DNA of 64,000 nt from Geosiphon pyriformis uo1 (lineage: Eukaryota > Fungi > Glomeromycota), in NCBI GenBank assembly GCA_016748015.1, contig JAAOMT010000245.1:19941-83940 (forward strand). Direction: 5' to 3'. Positions 49,967 to 64,000 of the stretch are shown piece by piece (positions within the stretch are counted from its first letter, which is position 1; each line of letters opens with the position of its first letter). The notes under the pieces were generated by a model that saw only the letters and a list, made by a program, of their open reading frames with translations, was not told where the DNA came from and did not search any database. Position numbers and translations under genes: made by a program.

Positions 49967-52900
49967 TTACATGTTTGGTTTAATGATTATAATTGGTTCT
50001 CGATCTTGTGGAATCTTATCTGGTTGGACTAATATCTGTTGTACTCCCAGTTATGAAATATTATTAGTGGATAATAATACTATATGGTAATATGGTTTCA
50101 GTTGATCACTATGTGCTGCTTTGGCCAAAATTTTGTTGTCCCATCTTAATTTATAAGCTCTATTTCTTAGAATTTCTTCTATGTGAAATGGTTTATTCTA
50201 TTTGGGGTTAAATTTCCACTTCATTGTTTTTCTGTTTTGGTACAATATAAAAGTACTTTGTTTCCAATCTTGAATTCAACTGGTTTATCTAATAGTTGGT
50301 TATTATGTCGTTTTTTTTGTTTTTTTTGTAACTTTTGAATGTTATCAACTGTTCTTTGCCATTTGTTTTCTAGTGTCTCCATTAAGTTATATGTTTTTCT
50401 TAGCAATGTTTTCTGAAAATTGTTTTTTGTTATTAGTTCTGTTGGATATGTATTGACTTTTATCTCAACTGGTAATGTTGTTGTTCTACTGTATACTAAT
50501 TCAAATGGTGTTGCTTGTGTAGTATCTTGCTTTATTGTCCAATAAACAAATAATACTAATGATCTAAACAAATTTCATTTGTCTTGATTTTTTTGACTAA
50601 TTTTGGCAATTGCTTCATACAATGTTCTATTGAATCTTTTAACTAAGCTATTGGTTTGTGGATGATATGGTGATAATAATGGTCTTTTGATTTCAAATCT
50701 TTGACTTAATTCTGTTAATGTTCTGTTCACAAAGTGGGTTCCTTGATCTGATAGTAATTTTTTTGGACATCCGTGTTGACAGATCAAATCTTGATAAACA
50801 AATTTGGCAATGAATTCTACATCTGCTCTTTAAATAGCTTTTGCTTCTGGCCATTTAGTAAGATAATTTATGGCTATTGCAATATATCTGTTGTCTCTGT
50901 TGGTAATTGTTAATGGTCTGACTAAGTCAATTCCAATGTGATCAAATAGTTGTTCTACTTTGATTGGTCTTAATGGTTTACCTGGTCTTGCTTCTTCTTT
51001 TCTTTGACAAGCATTACAATTTTGAACATATTGAATAATATCTGAATATATTGATGGTCAATAGTATTTTTTTCTGGTTCTTTCTATGGTTGCTTCTTTA
51101 TGAAAATGTCCTGCTGTTGGATCAGAGTGTATGTTGAATAATATTGTCTCTTTTTTTGATTCTGTGATTACTCTGATTGGTTAATCTGGATTTTTTCTGT
51201 TCTTCCAATATAGTATATTTTGATAAGTAATAAAATATTTGAATTGTTGTTTGATGTTGTTTTGTTTCTTTTGAGATAATTTCTTCTTGAACTGTTGGGT
51301 ATTTATATAATGCTGGAGTTGTTGATATTTTTGTGTATTTATCTTTTGTTATATTTTTGTTTTCAATTGTTTGGATTTTGTTATATTTTTGAATTAAAAT
51401 GCTCAGATTTGTTTCATTTACAACAGACTGTCAATATTTCTATTTTCTTTTTCCTTTTTATAGTACACTATAAAAGTATATGGTGAGAGTGCTATTTTCT
51501 ATCTTGCATGTCAATCATCTCCAAATTTTTGCTTCTGGATTAAAGTCAATCCTCTGTGATCAGTATGCACCTCAAATTTTTGGCTTAAGTATTCTATTTC
51601 ATGGCTGCCCAATAAATTGCTAAGTGTTCTAGTGCTAGTGTTTTATAGTTTTTTTCAGCTGGTATTAAGCTTTAACTGGTGTATACTACTGGATGTTTTC
51701 TTTCATCTGGTCATTTTTGTAATAATACTGCTCCTAATGCTTGGCCAGATGCATCAGTAGTGATGATAAATGGTTTGCTATGATTTGGATAGATTAATAC
51801 TGGGGTCTAAATAAGTTTTGTTTTCAGTATATTAAAAGCTTTTTGCTGAGTTTCAGTCCATTTGTATTTGGTGTTTTTTATCTGAAGTTGATATAGTGGT
51901 TGAGCTATTTTGGAAAAGTTTTTGATAAAGTGACAGTAGTATCTAGCTAATCCCAAGAATGCTCTTAATTCTGTGAGATTATTTGATACTAGAAAGTTCT
52001 TAATAATCTTAATCTTATCTGGATCTGTTTTGATTCCATTTTTACTCACAACATATCCCAAAAATTTGAGTTCAGTTTTCCCAAAAAAGCATTTGGTGGC
52101 ATTTAGCTTCAATTCAGCTCTTTTTAATCTTTTGAATACTTGTTGAAAATGGTGTAGATGATCATTGAATATCTTAGAGAATATATTAGTGTTGTCTAAA
52201 TATACAACTATTGATTTTCATAACAATCCAGTATAGACAATTTCTATAAGCCATTGGAATATTGTTGGTATATTCATCAAGCCAAATAGCATTACTTCAA
52301 ACTCAAAATTTTCTTCTCGAGTTGTAAAAGCCATTTTCTCTTTATCTTCTGGTTTCATGGCTACCTGCCAGTAACCACTGTCTAAGTTTAAAGTTGAAAA
52401 TTATTTCTTTCCTCCAAAGGCATCAAACAGTTCTTGGATCTTTGGAGTTGGGTTGCTGTCTTTCTTGGTTACTCTATTAAGTTTCTGGTAATCCACACAA
52501 AAACGGATTTTCTCATTTTTCTTATGGACTAATACTACTGGTAATGACCATGGGCTCATAGATGGCTGAATTAGTCCGTTGTCAAGCATCTGATTGATTT
52601 CTTAATGAATGATCTTATGGCTGGCTGGTAATACTCAATATGCTCTTTGTTTGATTGGCATTGTATCTCCAGTCTTAATTTGGTACTGAATTATGTCCAT
52701 TCTGCCAAACTCATTTTCACTTGCAAAAATGTTGGTAAAGTTGTTGAGTAACATTTTGAGTTCTATATGCTGGAGTGGGTCTAAGTTTCTCAGATTTATC
52801 TGTTTTAACTGTTTTGATTGAAGCAAATAACATTTATTTTGTTTATAAATTGTTTGTGATGTTATATCAACATATCTACACAGTTATAGAAAGTCTGAAA

Positions 52901-55900
52901 TGGAGTTTGGTGGTTGGTTCTCAATTTCAGTAATTAAGTATCTAATAATGGTTTTTTCTGGTATTTCCATGATATTTTCTATATTGTTGTAAATAAGAAT
53001 TTTGATGTAATGGTGGAATGAAAATTGATTGACAGATGGAGGTAATTTTTCATTTGTCAACAACTTCTTTCTCTGTCATATTAATTAGTATATCTATTCT
53101 ACTTGTGAATCCAAATTCACTTATTCTTCTTGCTGTGATCCCTAATTCTTCCCTATTTCCTACTGAAACTAACTGAGCTACTTTAACCAAAGGTAAAAAT
53201 ATTGTCTGTGCAATCTTTTCATTTGGCTCTATGATATAGACTTTTTCTGAGTCATTTTGTAGCATTGCAATAATATTTCTTACATATCCTGCATTAATTA
53301 TTCCTCCTCTGATGTTGATTCCTTTTTTTGCTAAACTACTCCTAGATGCTAGTTGAATCATGGTGGTCACTGAAATTTCCAGTGCTATTTTAAAATCAAT
53401 GCAAGTGAATGTGGTTCCAATTTGATGACATTTTTTCCTGAATACCTCAGATCAAACCTTGCATTGGTATCATGTGCATGTTCTGGCATGATATCTTCAT
53501 CATTATTACTGAACCATTTTAGTTCTTGCTTCTTAGTAAGATCAGGGAGTGCAATAAATGTTTTAGAATTTAAATCAGAGTCCGAATCATTGTTATTTTC
53601 ATTGTCATATTGAACAGAGCTGGAACTGGTGTTTTCATTGTCATCATTGTCGGAGTTTGAATTGGGATCAAAAATTGATTCTGATTCTAATATGCAGCTG
53701 CTGATTGGTTTTTCCTCTTTTGGGATCATGTAGATCATGTGTGGTGGTGAATTATAAATAAGGTCACACTCATTACAATATTGAAAGTCACATGGAATCA
53801 AACAGTAGTCACATAATCAAGTGTTTATTTCTTCCAAACATTGTTTTTGTTCTTCTCTGGTGGGTGCTAGGTTCTGATAGTGTTCATGAAATTCTTTTGG
53901 GTCCGTTTCAATGTTTAGGAAAGCATTTGAATTGGAAATTAACACAACATTAATTGGTTCAAATGGGTTATTTTTGATCTCTAAGATTTCTTTGGGTGAA
54001 GTGTCTTTGACTTTGGCATTTGCCATTTGCCAGATCTCATTCTCATCATGTGGGTAACCATCCAAGTGAGAGATTACTTGGTGCCATGTGACAGTAATAG
54101 GTGTGCTACAACTAATTCAGTTGCTTATGAAGATTATATACTGACATAAAGTATTACATATTTCTCCTTGTCCAGAAATGTTATTCCATATTCTTTCATC
54201 CAGTAGTTGTTCACCACAAGTAAGACATGGTTTGTTGTTTCACTTGCCTTGTTTTTTAGGATAACCATAGCATTTAGGGTGGCATGATTTGTAGCAATAA
54301 TAAGTTTATGTCTAGTAATTTTCATCTGGCACTACTCAGGCTCCCATGGAGGACAGTTTTTTTTTGCAGTCTTTGCACCTGAGGAAAATATAAGGTGGTT
54401 CTGGCCTGGTATTCATGGAGTATGAACTTCTCCAACTGCTAGTTTCCATGTTGTCATTGGTCTTTTCAGATATGTCTTTTTCCTTTTTTTTCTCTTTCCC
54501 TTTGTCTTTTTCTTCCCAGTCTAGAATTGGTGGTAGCTCATTGTGGTCTTCATTAGCCCATGAAACTTAATAAGCTTCCCAGGTAAGTTTTTTTCTTTCT
54601 TTCTTGAATTCAATAAGTGGTGCTGCCATGGTGGTGTTTTTGAAGTGATCACATGTGGCTGGTACATGTGTGTGTTGACTGTTCTGGCTCAGTTAGAGCT
54701 TCTGCATGTTTTAGTTGAATGTTATGTTGATTTTGGACAACTAGTTATTGCCAACAAGTGCTTGATACTGAGTGGCTTTCATGATTAATATCTTGATTGG
54801 TACAATAATGCCATTAACTTCTATGGGGAGATTATCAATTTTGCCAATTGGAGTTTTGGTCACTCTATTGGCCATTATGATTTTGGTGCTGGCAGTGTAA
54901 TCAACTCAGCAATCTAATTGGTTTATGAATTGTTATGTGATAATGCTGTCTGTTGACTCATTATCTAATATGAATTTGATGGAATGGCCATCAACTTTAG
55001 CATTAGTGTACATAGTAGTGATTGGTTTTTCTTTGAGCACAGCTCCACTGAACAAAAATGTGGATGACAGTTCTTCGAGTTTAAATGAAAAGATTGCTGC
55101 CAATGATTTATTGTTGGTGACAGTGGCTGGAGATATGTTGCTGGTGAGTGTTTGTGTTTGGTTGGTTTCTATGTTGTTGGATGTGGCATTTTCTGGGATA
55201 ACTAGGAGACTTAAATAGTTCTGAGAACTCAGGTTTTGGTTATACCCAGTTCTTGAATTCCACTGGCATGATCCTGATGGCTAGTTGGATGAATTAGGAA
55301 TCAGTTGGTAAACAACCATCACTAATCTCCAGTTTTGAATGACTTTTGATCTAGAATTTCCTGATGTTATTTAAACTGAGTTTGTTGTGAGAATTTGAGG
55401 TTAATATATTATTTGTGGCTGTAGTTGATAGATAGATTGTGGCTGCAGCTGATAAATTACAGGTGCTGGAGGCTGATAGATTGATGGTAAGTAGATTTGC
55501 TGTGGCATTAGTGGGTAATGGGGTTGATAGTGGTTCTGATTTGAGTGGTAATTTGAAGTTTGAAATCAGCAATTGGGGTTTTGATATTTATTTCCTGATT
55601 GTTAATTATTAATTCTAATATAGCAGTTAATTCTAATGTGCCCTTGTTTACCACAATTGTGGCAAATATGCATCTCTTGCTACCATAATGATTGTGTTGT
55701 CATAAAATGTGACTGATGTTGTTGCTGCTCAATGGTTCTGAGATTGTTGCAATGTTGTGGTGGTTAATATATGGTTTGATTATTGTTAGCTAAGTAACTC
55801 TTTAGTTTCTAATTAATTGAATTACTGAATTGTTTCAATTTAGAATCCAATTCAGATGATTTGTTCATTACTAAATTGATAGTTTGGGCATAGTTTGCTT

Positions 55901-57312
55901 CAAGTTTAGCAGATTCAAAATCTCTTGCATTGGTAACTGCGTCTTGGAGCATTTGTGAGTGCATTGGATGTATGTATTGGAAGATGCTACTGTATAATTC
56001 ACGGATGAACTGGTTCAGAATCTGTGGTGCTGTAAAGTAATCTGCATTGATTGCTTATATTTGGTGTAAATTTTTATGAAAACATCCTAGGTAAGTAGTA
56101 ACTGCTTCAGTTTCTCTTTGCTTAATGGTGGTAAAAGTATTTGCTAAGTGGTTAATACTATTATGGTTGCTAAAATATCTCAAAAATTCTGTTTTAAATA
56201 CATTAAAAGTGATAGGTTTGTTGATTAGACTTTGATATCATAAATCAGCAATATCTTGCAAAAAGTATAAAATGGCCTGTAGGGCTCTGGCATTGTCTTA
56301 ATTGTTAGCCATGATTGCTTTGGTGATGTCATTGAGCCACACTTGGGTGTTATCTTTTTTGCCCATAAATTTTTCTAATTTGACAATAGAAGTGTAGGCC
56401 ATTTGTTGTTGTGGTTGCTGTTGCAGCTGCTGCTAGAATTGTTGTTGGGATAGCAGTTGTGGCTGTTGTTGCTGCTCAACAATTGGTGGAATGGGTGGTA
56501 GATTGATCTCAATTATTGGAGATAAGTTTTTCTTAATTATGTCAGAGTTTAAATTGTTTAGATTTTCTGGAGTTTGAATATTTGGGGTTTGATTTTCTGG
56601 ATTTTCTGAGATTGGGTTTTGATAATTAAATTCTCAATCTTCATTTTCTTTTTCCTCAGATTCCGTTACTTTCCAAGAACTCACAGTTCCAAAATCTGGT
56701 AAGGATAACAGCAATTGAAGTTTTGATGGTATTGGTAATCACAAATTAAATTCTTCAAAATATTTGCCATAAGTTCTTAATAATTTTGCTTTCTTTTGTT
56801 TACTTTGGAATGAAAATCATCTAAATATTGATGTTGTGTTTGATGTAGATGCACCTGTTGATGTAATATTAATGGCACTTCCAGGTATATAGTAGTATGA
56901 TGAATTAGTTGGTGGTTTAAACTCTTGTTTTCTTCCAAGTGGGTGGTTGTACCTTTTAAGATGTTACTGCTGGTGTTTGTAGTTTTCTCTTGCCTTTGTT
57001 TGCATAGGTAATTGGGTATCTTTGCTGAATATGATATTCAATTTTCTTGTTGATCTCCATAAGGATTGCTGTAAAATTGTGGTTTGCTAGTAAGCTAGTG
57101 TTTTAAATTAATTTGTTGTAAAAGTTTCTTTTTGCTGAATCAGTTTCTACTGGTACTCTTAACAAGTATGAAATTTTTTCATTGACATAGAAGTTGAAAG
57201 CTGATTCTGTTGATAGGTGATTACTGGTTAATTCCAAGTGTTGACAGTAGTATTGGAATAAGAATTTGGTGAATTCTAAATGGTTTGTTCTTATTTTTTC
57301 TGGTTTTGCCAC
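49967..57312 (-). pseudogene. G3 gag-pol (N-terminal domain, Gag, PR, Cys-rich domain, dUTPase, RT, RH, IN)
   Basis: MAYTSIVKLEKF Gag start at 56402; CHNCGKQGHIRINC; ASRSSLAKKG..GGIINAGY; LDSGYWQ; TDASG; integrase ending EPIIIIKPNM*. Confidence 0.92.
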
Positions 57313-57374
57313 TTTTGGATGATTGTTGTTGGTGCTGGTTCTCTTTAAAATTATACCTCACAAGGAGCACCAAA

Positions 57375-58196
57375 TGTTACAGATGATTATTTGGGGTCTT
57401 GAAACAAATAACAAACCCATAACTTGGTGCTTAATTGCTGATTTGTGTATTAATATCTAAAAATTTTGGTGTCTGAAGGTTTTTGGTTGAGTTTTTTGTA
57501 TAATGAACAGAGATTTGATAATTGTTTTATCCGTCACTTCCCGAAACTGCAGTTTTATTATTTTTTTTCTTGGCATGGTGGCTGGCAATCTTTTGATAAG
57601 CTATCCTTAAATCTATGAGTGTTTACCCTTATTTCTGGGTTTTTTACCAGTGCTATATTCTGATGTCAGTATCTTTGTGCATTCTTCTTTTAATCAATTA
57701 GTACACAACAATAAAATCAAAAAAAAAATAAAGAAAAAAAAGAAAAAAAGAAAATAAATAAAAAAATAGGCCAATGCAATTACAAGTTAGTATTCCATTA
57801 ATAGCTGTGATTAAGAGCTATTGTTCTAGTGTGGTCAAGTATTAATTACTATTAACATGAAATATTGATAGCAGAAAGTGGATTTAAGATAGTGAATAAT
57901 TATTTATTAATTGGGAAGATTGCTTAGATTAAATTTAAACTGAGAGATCTGTCTTTTTTACCTCTAATACTACTGCTATATATACATAATTGAAATTCCT
58001 CAATTCCTCGATTCCTGCAATTCCTTTAAGAAGAATTCTGGAATTCTGGAATTCTGCGATTCCTTATATGAGAATCCTGAAATTTCTAGAATTCTGCAAT
58101 TTCTCTAAGAGGAATTCTGGAATTCCATATTTACTATGCTTACTTTTGATTGGCTAATCTATATGCTAATATATTTTTTATATTCTATGAGTAACA
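57375..58196 (-). repeat. G3 5' LTR
   Basis: TGTTAC...GTAACA; PBS adjacent; in element sense CCAAT box (AGCCAATC) near the 5' end and a TATATA box. Confidence 0.92.
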
Positions 58197-59846
58197 GTGC
58201 ATTTTCTGTTGCCACTGTTGATTGGTTGATAATGCTAAATGTGGTTGATTTTAGAAACAATTGGAGTTTCCTTGATTGCTATGTCATTGTGGTGATTGAT
58301 AGATTGTCTGATTGTTGTTAGCTAAGTATCTTTTTAATTTTTGATTGATTGAATCACTAAATTGTTTCAATTTGGAATTTAATTCAGATGATCTATTCAT
58401 TACTAGATTTATGGTTTGGGCATGATTAGCTTCAAGTTTGGCAAATTCGAAATCCTGTGCATTAATAATTGCATCTTAGAGAGTTTGTAAGTACATTAGA
58501 CATATGTATTGGAAAATATTACTGTACAGTCCACAGATGAACTGGTTCAAAATTTGTGATACTGTAAAGTAATTCATGTCAATTGCTTGTATTTGGTGCA
58601 AGTTTCTATAAAAACATCTTAAGTAAGTAATAACTGCTTTAGTTTTTCTTTTCTTAATAGTAGTGAAGAAATTTGCTAACTGGTTGATGCTGTTATTATT
58701 ACTAAAATATCTCAAGAACTCAAGTTTGAATGTATTGAAATCTTGAGGTTTGTTGACCAGACTTTGATACTATGAGTTGGTGGTATCCTGGAGGAAATAT
58801 GAGATGGCTTGCATAACTTTGGCATTATTTCATCCATTAGTCATAATGGCTTTTTCTATGTCATTGAGTTATACTTGGATGTCATTTTTTTTGTTCGTAA
58901 ATTTTTTGAGTTTTACAATTGGTGAATATGTCATTTGCACAATTGATTATTGCTGTTATACTGATAGTGGTTAAAGTTGTTATTAAAGTGGTTGTTAAAT
59001 TAGTTCAATGGGTGGCTAATCAATGATGATTTCTGGAAGTAAGTTCAGTTAATTAATTAAGTTGAGATTTTGATTATTCTGATTTTGCTGATTAATATTA
59101 TCAGAGTTTGGGTTGTTCAGATTTTCAATTTCTGGATTTTCTAAAATTGGATTTTAATAATTAAATTTCTAATTCTCTTTTTTCTCTTCTTTTAATGTTA
59201 TTATTTCTCACAGATCAGCTGTTCTAAAATCTGGTTAAGATGACAGTAATCAAAATGCTAATGGTATTGGTGATCATAATTTAAATTCTTTGAAATAATT
59301 ATCATAAGTTCCTAATAACTCTGCTTTCTTTTGTTTACTTTAAAATAGGAGTTATCCAAATGTTGATGTCATGTTTGATATAGACATGTCTGCTGATGAA
59401 ATATTGATTGTACTTTTGAGTGTGTAGTAATATAATGAATATGTTGGAGATTCAATTTTTTGTTTCTTCCAGTTTGGTACTTGAATTCCTTTTGGTGTTA
59501 CTGCTGGTGTTTGTAACTTTCCTTTACTTTTGTCTATGTAGGTAATAGAAAATTGTTGTTGAGTGTATTTTTCAATGGTTTGATTGATTTTCCTAATGAT
59601 TGGCATGAAACTATGATTTTGTAGTAAGCTAGTGTGTTGAATTAATTCTGTGTAGAAATTTTTCCTTGCTGATTTAATGTTAATAGGTACTCCTAGAAAA
59701 TCTTTGATTTTTTTATTGATGTAAAAATTGAAGACTAATTCTGCTAGATAATGATTGTTGCTTAATCTTAATGGTTGACTGTACTGTTGAAATAAGGATT
59801 TGGTGAATCCTAAATGATTTGTTTTGATTATTTTTGTTTCTGCCAC
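58197..59846 (-). pseudogene. G2 gag 5' part (N-terminal domain and capsid)
   Basis: ORFs 59352..59846 and 58476..58715 are homologous to G3 57103..57312 and its Gag. Confidence 0.88.
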
Positions 59847-59909
59847 TTTTGGAATGGTTGTTGCTAGTGCTGGTTTTCTGTAGGATTATACCTTACAGAG
59901 AGCACCAAA

Positions 59910-60675
59910 TGTTACAGGTAATTATTTAGGGTCTCAAATCAAATAACAAACTCGTAACTTAGTGCTTAATTAATATATTAATGATATATGTAATTTGATG
60001 GTTTTATCAGTCTGAAGGTTTTGGTTGTAGTTTTTTGTATAATAGACAGAGATTCAGTAGAAATAGTAGTTGTTTCCTGAAATTGCAATTCTTGCCCAAT
60101 TTCTTTCTCAGCTTGGCAGCCAGATTTATTCTGGCAGTTATGCCCTTCTGATAAGCTAATTGTTAATATATATAATTCTACTCTTATTTCTGGGTTTTTT
60201 ATCAGACTATCTTTAATGTCAATAATTCAGTGCTTTAATTCTCAATCAATTAGTATACAACAATAAAATCAAAGAAAAAAAAAAATAAGGAAAAAAAAAT
60301 AAAAAAAATAAGTCAAGGCAATTCGCAAGTTAGTATTCTGTCAATAGCTATGATTAAAAGCTATTGTTCCAGTGTGGTTAAGTATCAATTACTATCAACA
60401 TAAAGTGTTAATAGTAAAAAGTGAATTTGAGATAATAAATAATTATTTATTGATTAAAAAAATTGCTTAGATTAAATCTAAACTGAGAAGTCTGTCTTTT
60501 TTACTTCTAATACTACTGCTATATATACATAATTGAGATTTCTTGATTCCTCAATTTTTCACACCAAAAATTTTGGAATTTCTCTAAGAGGAATCCTAAT
60601 ATTTTACATTTACTATGTCTATCTCTGATTGGCTAATTTATATGCTAATATACTTCCTATATTCTATGAGTAACA
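59910..60675 (-). repeat. G2 5' LTR
   Basis: TGTTAC...GTAACA; PBS adjacent; matches 39863-40741. Confidence 0.92.
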
Positions 60676-62566
60676 ATGTTCTGACAACTTTTTTGCTTTT
60701 TAATTACATTGTTAATCAATTTTATAAACTGTTTTCTAGCTGCTATAACCAACACTCTTGTATTATGTAAGTTGTTTTTGAGCAATAATTTGCTTAATGT
60801 TTTCCAAATTGCTAATAATATTACTATTGTAGATGTTTTAAACTTAGAATAATATTTAAGTATAGTAAGTTTGCTAAAGAGATTTGGTATTATTTTTGCA
60901 AACCAGTTTTTAAATTATTATGGCATATGTTTTATATAGAGTATATTTTACAAGTAAAAAAAATTAGATCTTAAAGATCTAATTCCTAATTAATTAAATT
61001 TATTAATCAAGTTTATTAAGAATAATAATTTGAATAGTAATAGTGCTCTGGTCTTTTATTTTACTTCTGTTTAATGTTTGGGCAAATTTGGTTCTGTTTG
61101 TGAATATTTTTTAAAAAATAAAACTAATATTATAATTATTTATATAAATAATTTGGTCAAAAGTTTGGGATTTGTAAGTACTTATAATAGTACTGCTTTT
61201 TACTTTCTAAATATAGACATAAATATAAGAATTAAGATGAATGACTTGTTCTTTTCAACTTTGATAGAACTACAAGCCATTACTCTTGCTTTAAAATATG
61301 TTTTAGTGTCCAGTTTAGTTGTGTTATTTATAAATAGTCAGATGTTATTGGATATAAGTATCTCAATTGGAAAAAATATTAGTCTTAATTTTTGCAATAA
61401 ATGCTAAATAGAAAGAAAACATATTTATTATGTTATTATGTCTAAAGATCTGTCAGTTAATTAGAATAAGATCAAAAGTCATTTCAAAATTATTGACAAT
61501 AAACATGCTGATTTTTTTGTTAATACTATTATTATGTTTGATTTTACATTATTTATTAGAATGCTATACTGTTTTCTTGCTGTTGAAAACAGATCTGTTT
61601 TTGAAAACATTTGCTATTTCATCAAGTATCTTTTTGAAATTATTAGTTTTGTTAATTGAGATTTCAAATATGTTAATGATATTATAAAGAAGTCTTTGTA
61701 TAGCTTAATTAATATGTATAAAACCTTTAATATATAACATTTAGATGGTTAAATTCATTTAAGTTTTACTAGTTCAATCTTTGTAATACTTTAGTATTAT
61801 TTTATAAAAACTTTATACTACTAATTGTCTATAGCCAAAAGAAAAAAATTATATAATTCAAGTTATTTTAGTGTGTTGTATATTTAATATAAGTTAGTTA
61901 AAAATTCTAATCATATATTTTCTTATATTTATAATATTTGTGTTAGGATAAATTTGATTCTAAACATTATTAAAATATGAATTGGTTTATTAAATGTCTG
62001 TATTACTAACAGTATGGTTCTCTAGTTTTTGTATAAGGCCAAATCTTTTAATTATTTATATATGTTTTTGGCCAAAAGTTTTGTGATAAGAAAATAAATA
62101 ATTAACACAATATATTTATTAAGTAGCAAATCTGATAATGTGTTATTAATTATCTATTTGATCTAAGATTTTGTTAAGAATTACAGATTTACCATGTGAT
62201 TGTCAACTGTCAAAATAAGGATGTATTATAAAAAACATAATTTTTTGTCATATAATAGGTCTATAATTTTAGTTGTATCTAATTTAACATCTATATGATC
62301 TCTTAAAATGATTTATGATTTTGGTTTTAAGTTAGGTGTTTATGTTTGTTTTGGTTTGTATTTTTGTTTATCTAATATATATTTTGGTTTTTTGCATGAT
62401 TTTTCTGTTATAAGTAATTTAGATATATAATGTTGTCTTGATTAATTCAAGTGGTTGGTCACATATAAAAAGAACATAAATCATACTTAATTTAAGATTT
62501 TGTATGATTTTATGATTTTAAATAGTAGTTAAGTTGTATTTATAAAACAATTTATAAAAAAAAATA
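60676..62566 (+). mobile_element. LINE D, right part (RNase H, CCHC region, 3' UTR), heavily AT-mutated
   Basis: IYINNL/ELQAITLAL/FINSQ/KIKSHF..NKHAD (decayed RNase H); 3' UTR motif at 62439-62490 shared with LINEs A and B; A-rich end. Confidence 0.8.
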
Positions 62567-64000
62567 TACATAAAATATAAATTTATATTAATTTGTTAAT
62601 AATATAAACTATTCTTTTATTTTTAAATTTTTTTATTGTTTTTTAAAAAATAATAATTAATATATTTATAAGATTAATTTTATATATTAAACTTTATAAA
62701 TGTAATTTACTTATTAAGTTAAGTTTATTCTTAGATTGTTTTTTATATTATAATATTTGTTATTAATTTTAAATATATTAATTAAAAACATAAAATTATA
62801 ATAATTGTATTATTTTTTATAATTATAAAAAGTTTTGTTTATATAACTAATAAAAAAGAAAAAATAAGTTAATAATTAAATTAATAATTAAGTAATTAAT
62901 ATATTATTTTAAATTATAATTATAATTTTTTAATTGTTAAAAAATTTATTTATTTTTTATAGTCTGTTTTTATCTTAATTTTAAGATGCAAATTTTATTT
63001 TTATGTTTAATTATAAATAATTTAACAAAGTTTACTATTTTTACAATAACTATTTTAGTCATATTATAAATTTTGCATATTTTTTTATATCAATTTTTCA
63101 ACACAAATTTCTTGATTAAAATTATGTAAAGTTGAATTTTTGTTGTTAATCTTATATTTTTGTCTTTAAATAATTTTTAACTTTGTTTTAATTTACTAAT
63201 AACTGCTTTTTCAATATTAAGTTTACTATCTTGTATTTTTTATTCAATATTTTTTATATAATTAAGTTTAGATTTTGCAATTTCAGATTTGCACATATTA
63301 ATAACAACATTACTGTTTATAAAAATATTGCACACTTTTTTTGAATATGTATTTTAGAATTAATTTAATAGCTGTTAATTTAATCAATATTAATAATATT
63401 ATCCTTTTTATTCCAACTTTAATTTTTTTATTTATATTAATAAAATGTTATTATGTTACCAAAGACTGCTACAGAATTTATATTTTTTTTTATAAAAGTG
63501 TGTGTAAATATTAAAAACATCTCATTAATTTTTTAAATATTTAATTAAAAACTAATTTTCATATTATCAAGATTTTATTCTGTAATTTTGTTGTGTAAAA
63601 TAAAAATTTTTTGATTCTTTTAGATATTTTACACAAAACTTGTACCAATTTGGAATTGGATTTTTAGAACCCAAATATTTTTATTTTCTGAACATTTTCT
63701 AAGTTATTACTGTATTTTTTTGTTAATTAGTTGCTCTACATAAACAATGTCTAAGTTTTTTAATATTTAAATAAATCCACAATATTTATTTTTTCTCAGT
63801 ATTTTATTATATTTAAATAACACCATTACATTAATTATTTATATATTGGTTTTTATTAAAATTTTTATATATTAACGAAAAAATATTTACAAAATTTGTT
63901 TTTAATTTTACTAGTATTATCAAATGTGATTTGTAATTATTTAGTATTTATTAAAAATATCTTTTCATTTATCTTTCATAACTAGAAATTTTTTTTTGTT
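62567..64000. other. AT desert
   Basis: Extreme A/T bias, no ORFs. Confidence 0.7.

Larger units (their letters stand above)
48447..58196 (-). mobile_element. Gypsy element G3 (inner, complete, ~9.75 kb) inserted in G2 gag
   Basis: Matching LTRs 48447-49253 and 57375-58196; PBS 57365-57374; PPT AAAAGGAGGGAATAA; 4-bp TSD ATGC/GTGC; G2 gag rejoins across it. Confidence 0.95.
39863..60675 (-). mobile_element. Gypsy element G2 (outer, complete), containing a solo LTR and nested element G3
   Basis: Matching LTRs 39863-40741 and 59910-60675; PBS 59898-59909; PPT-like tract at 40742-40756; 4-bp TSD ATGC/ATGT; LINE D continues across the insertion. Confidence 0.93.

Noticed and set aside
49967-50150. 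Chromodomain at the integrase C-terminus
   Set aside because: Only a GPF-type module and a short tail are seen, with no chromodomain pattern.

Overview
Eukaryotic, very AT-rich, TE-dense fungal DNA. The short GT-AG introns, the gene set and the TE types suggest an early-diverging fungus, probably Glomeromycotina; this is inference, not a database result. Two gene islands are present: a 12-exon LIM/RhoGAP gene (LRG1-like, + 14049-18307) carrying an extra, tandemly duplicated LIM domain, and a head-to-head pair PET117 (-) / CBF5 (+). The rest is decayed retroelements separated from the genes by ~1 kb AT deserts. There are four RNase H-type LINE copies (one full length with a 16-bp TSD) and three Ty3/Gypsy elements, plus a solo LTR and an LTR fragment, all nested in LINEs or in each other. 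The Gypsy lineage has an unusual architecture. A gag-pol frame apparently starts at a conserved GUG and runs N-terminal domain - Gag - protease - large Cys-rich domain - dUTPase - RT - RNase H - integrase, followed by an extra unknown ORF3 at the env position. It also has an 'anti-PBS' tRNA-3'-end mimic in U5 in all LTR types seen, and 4-bp TSDs that reconstruct to RCGY/RYRY. The LINEs share a 14-bp 5'-terminal inverted repeat, an ATGA ORF1/ORF2 overlap and a 3'-UTR hairpin whose pairing is retained across copies. All repeats show massive, almost transition-only C>T/G>A mutation in CpG and non-CpG contexts (RIP-like). Coordinates were read by hand and may be off by a few bases.
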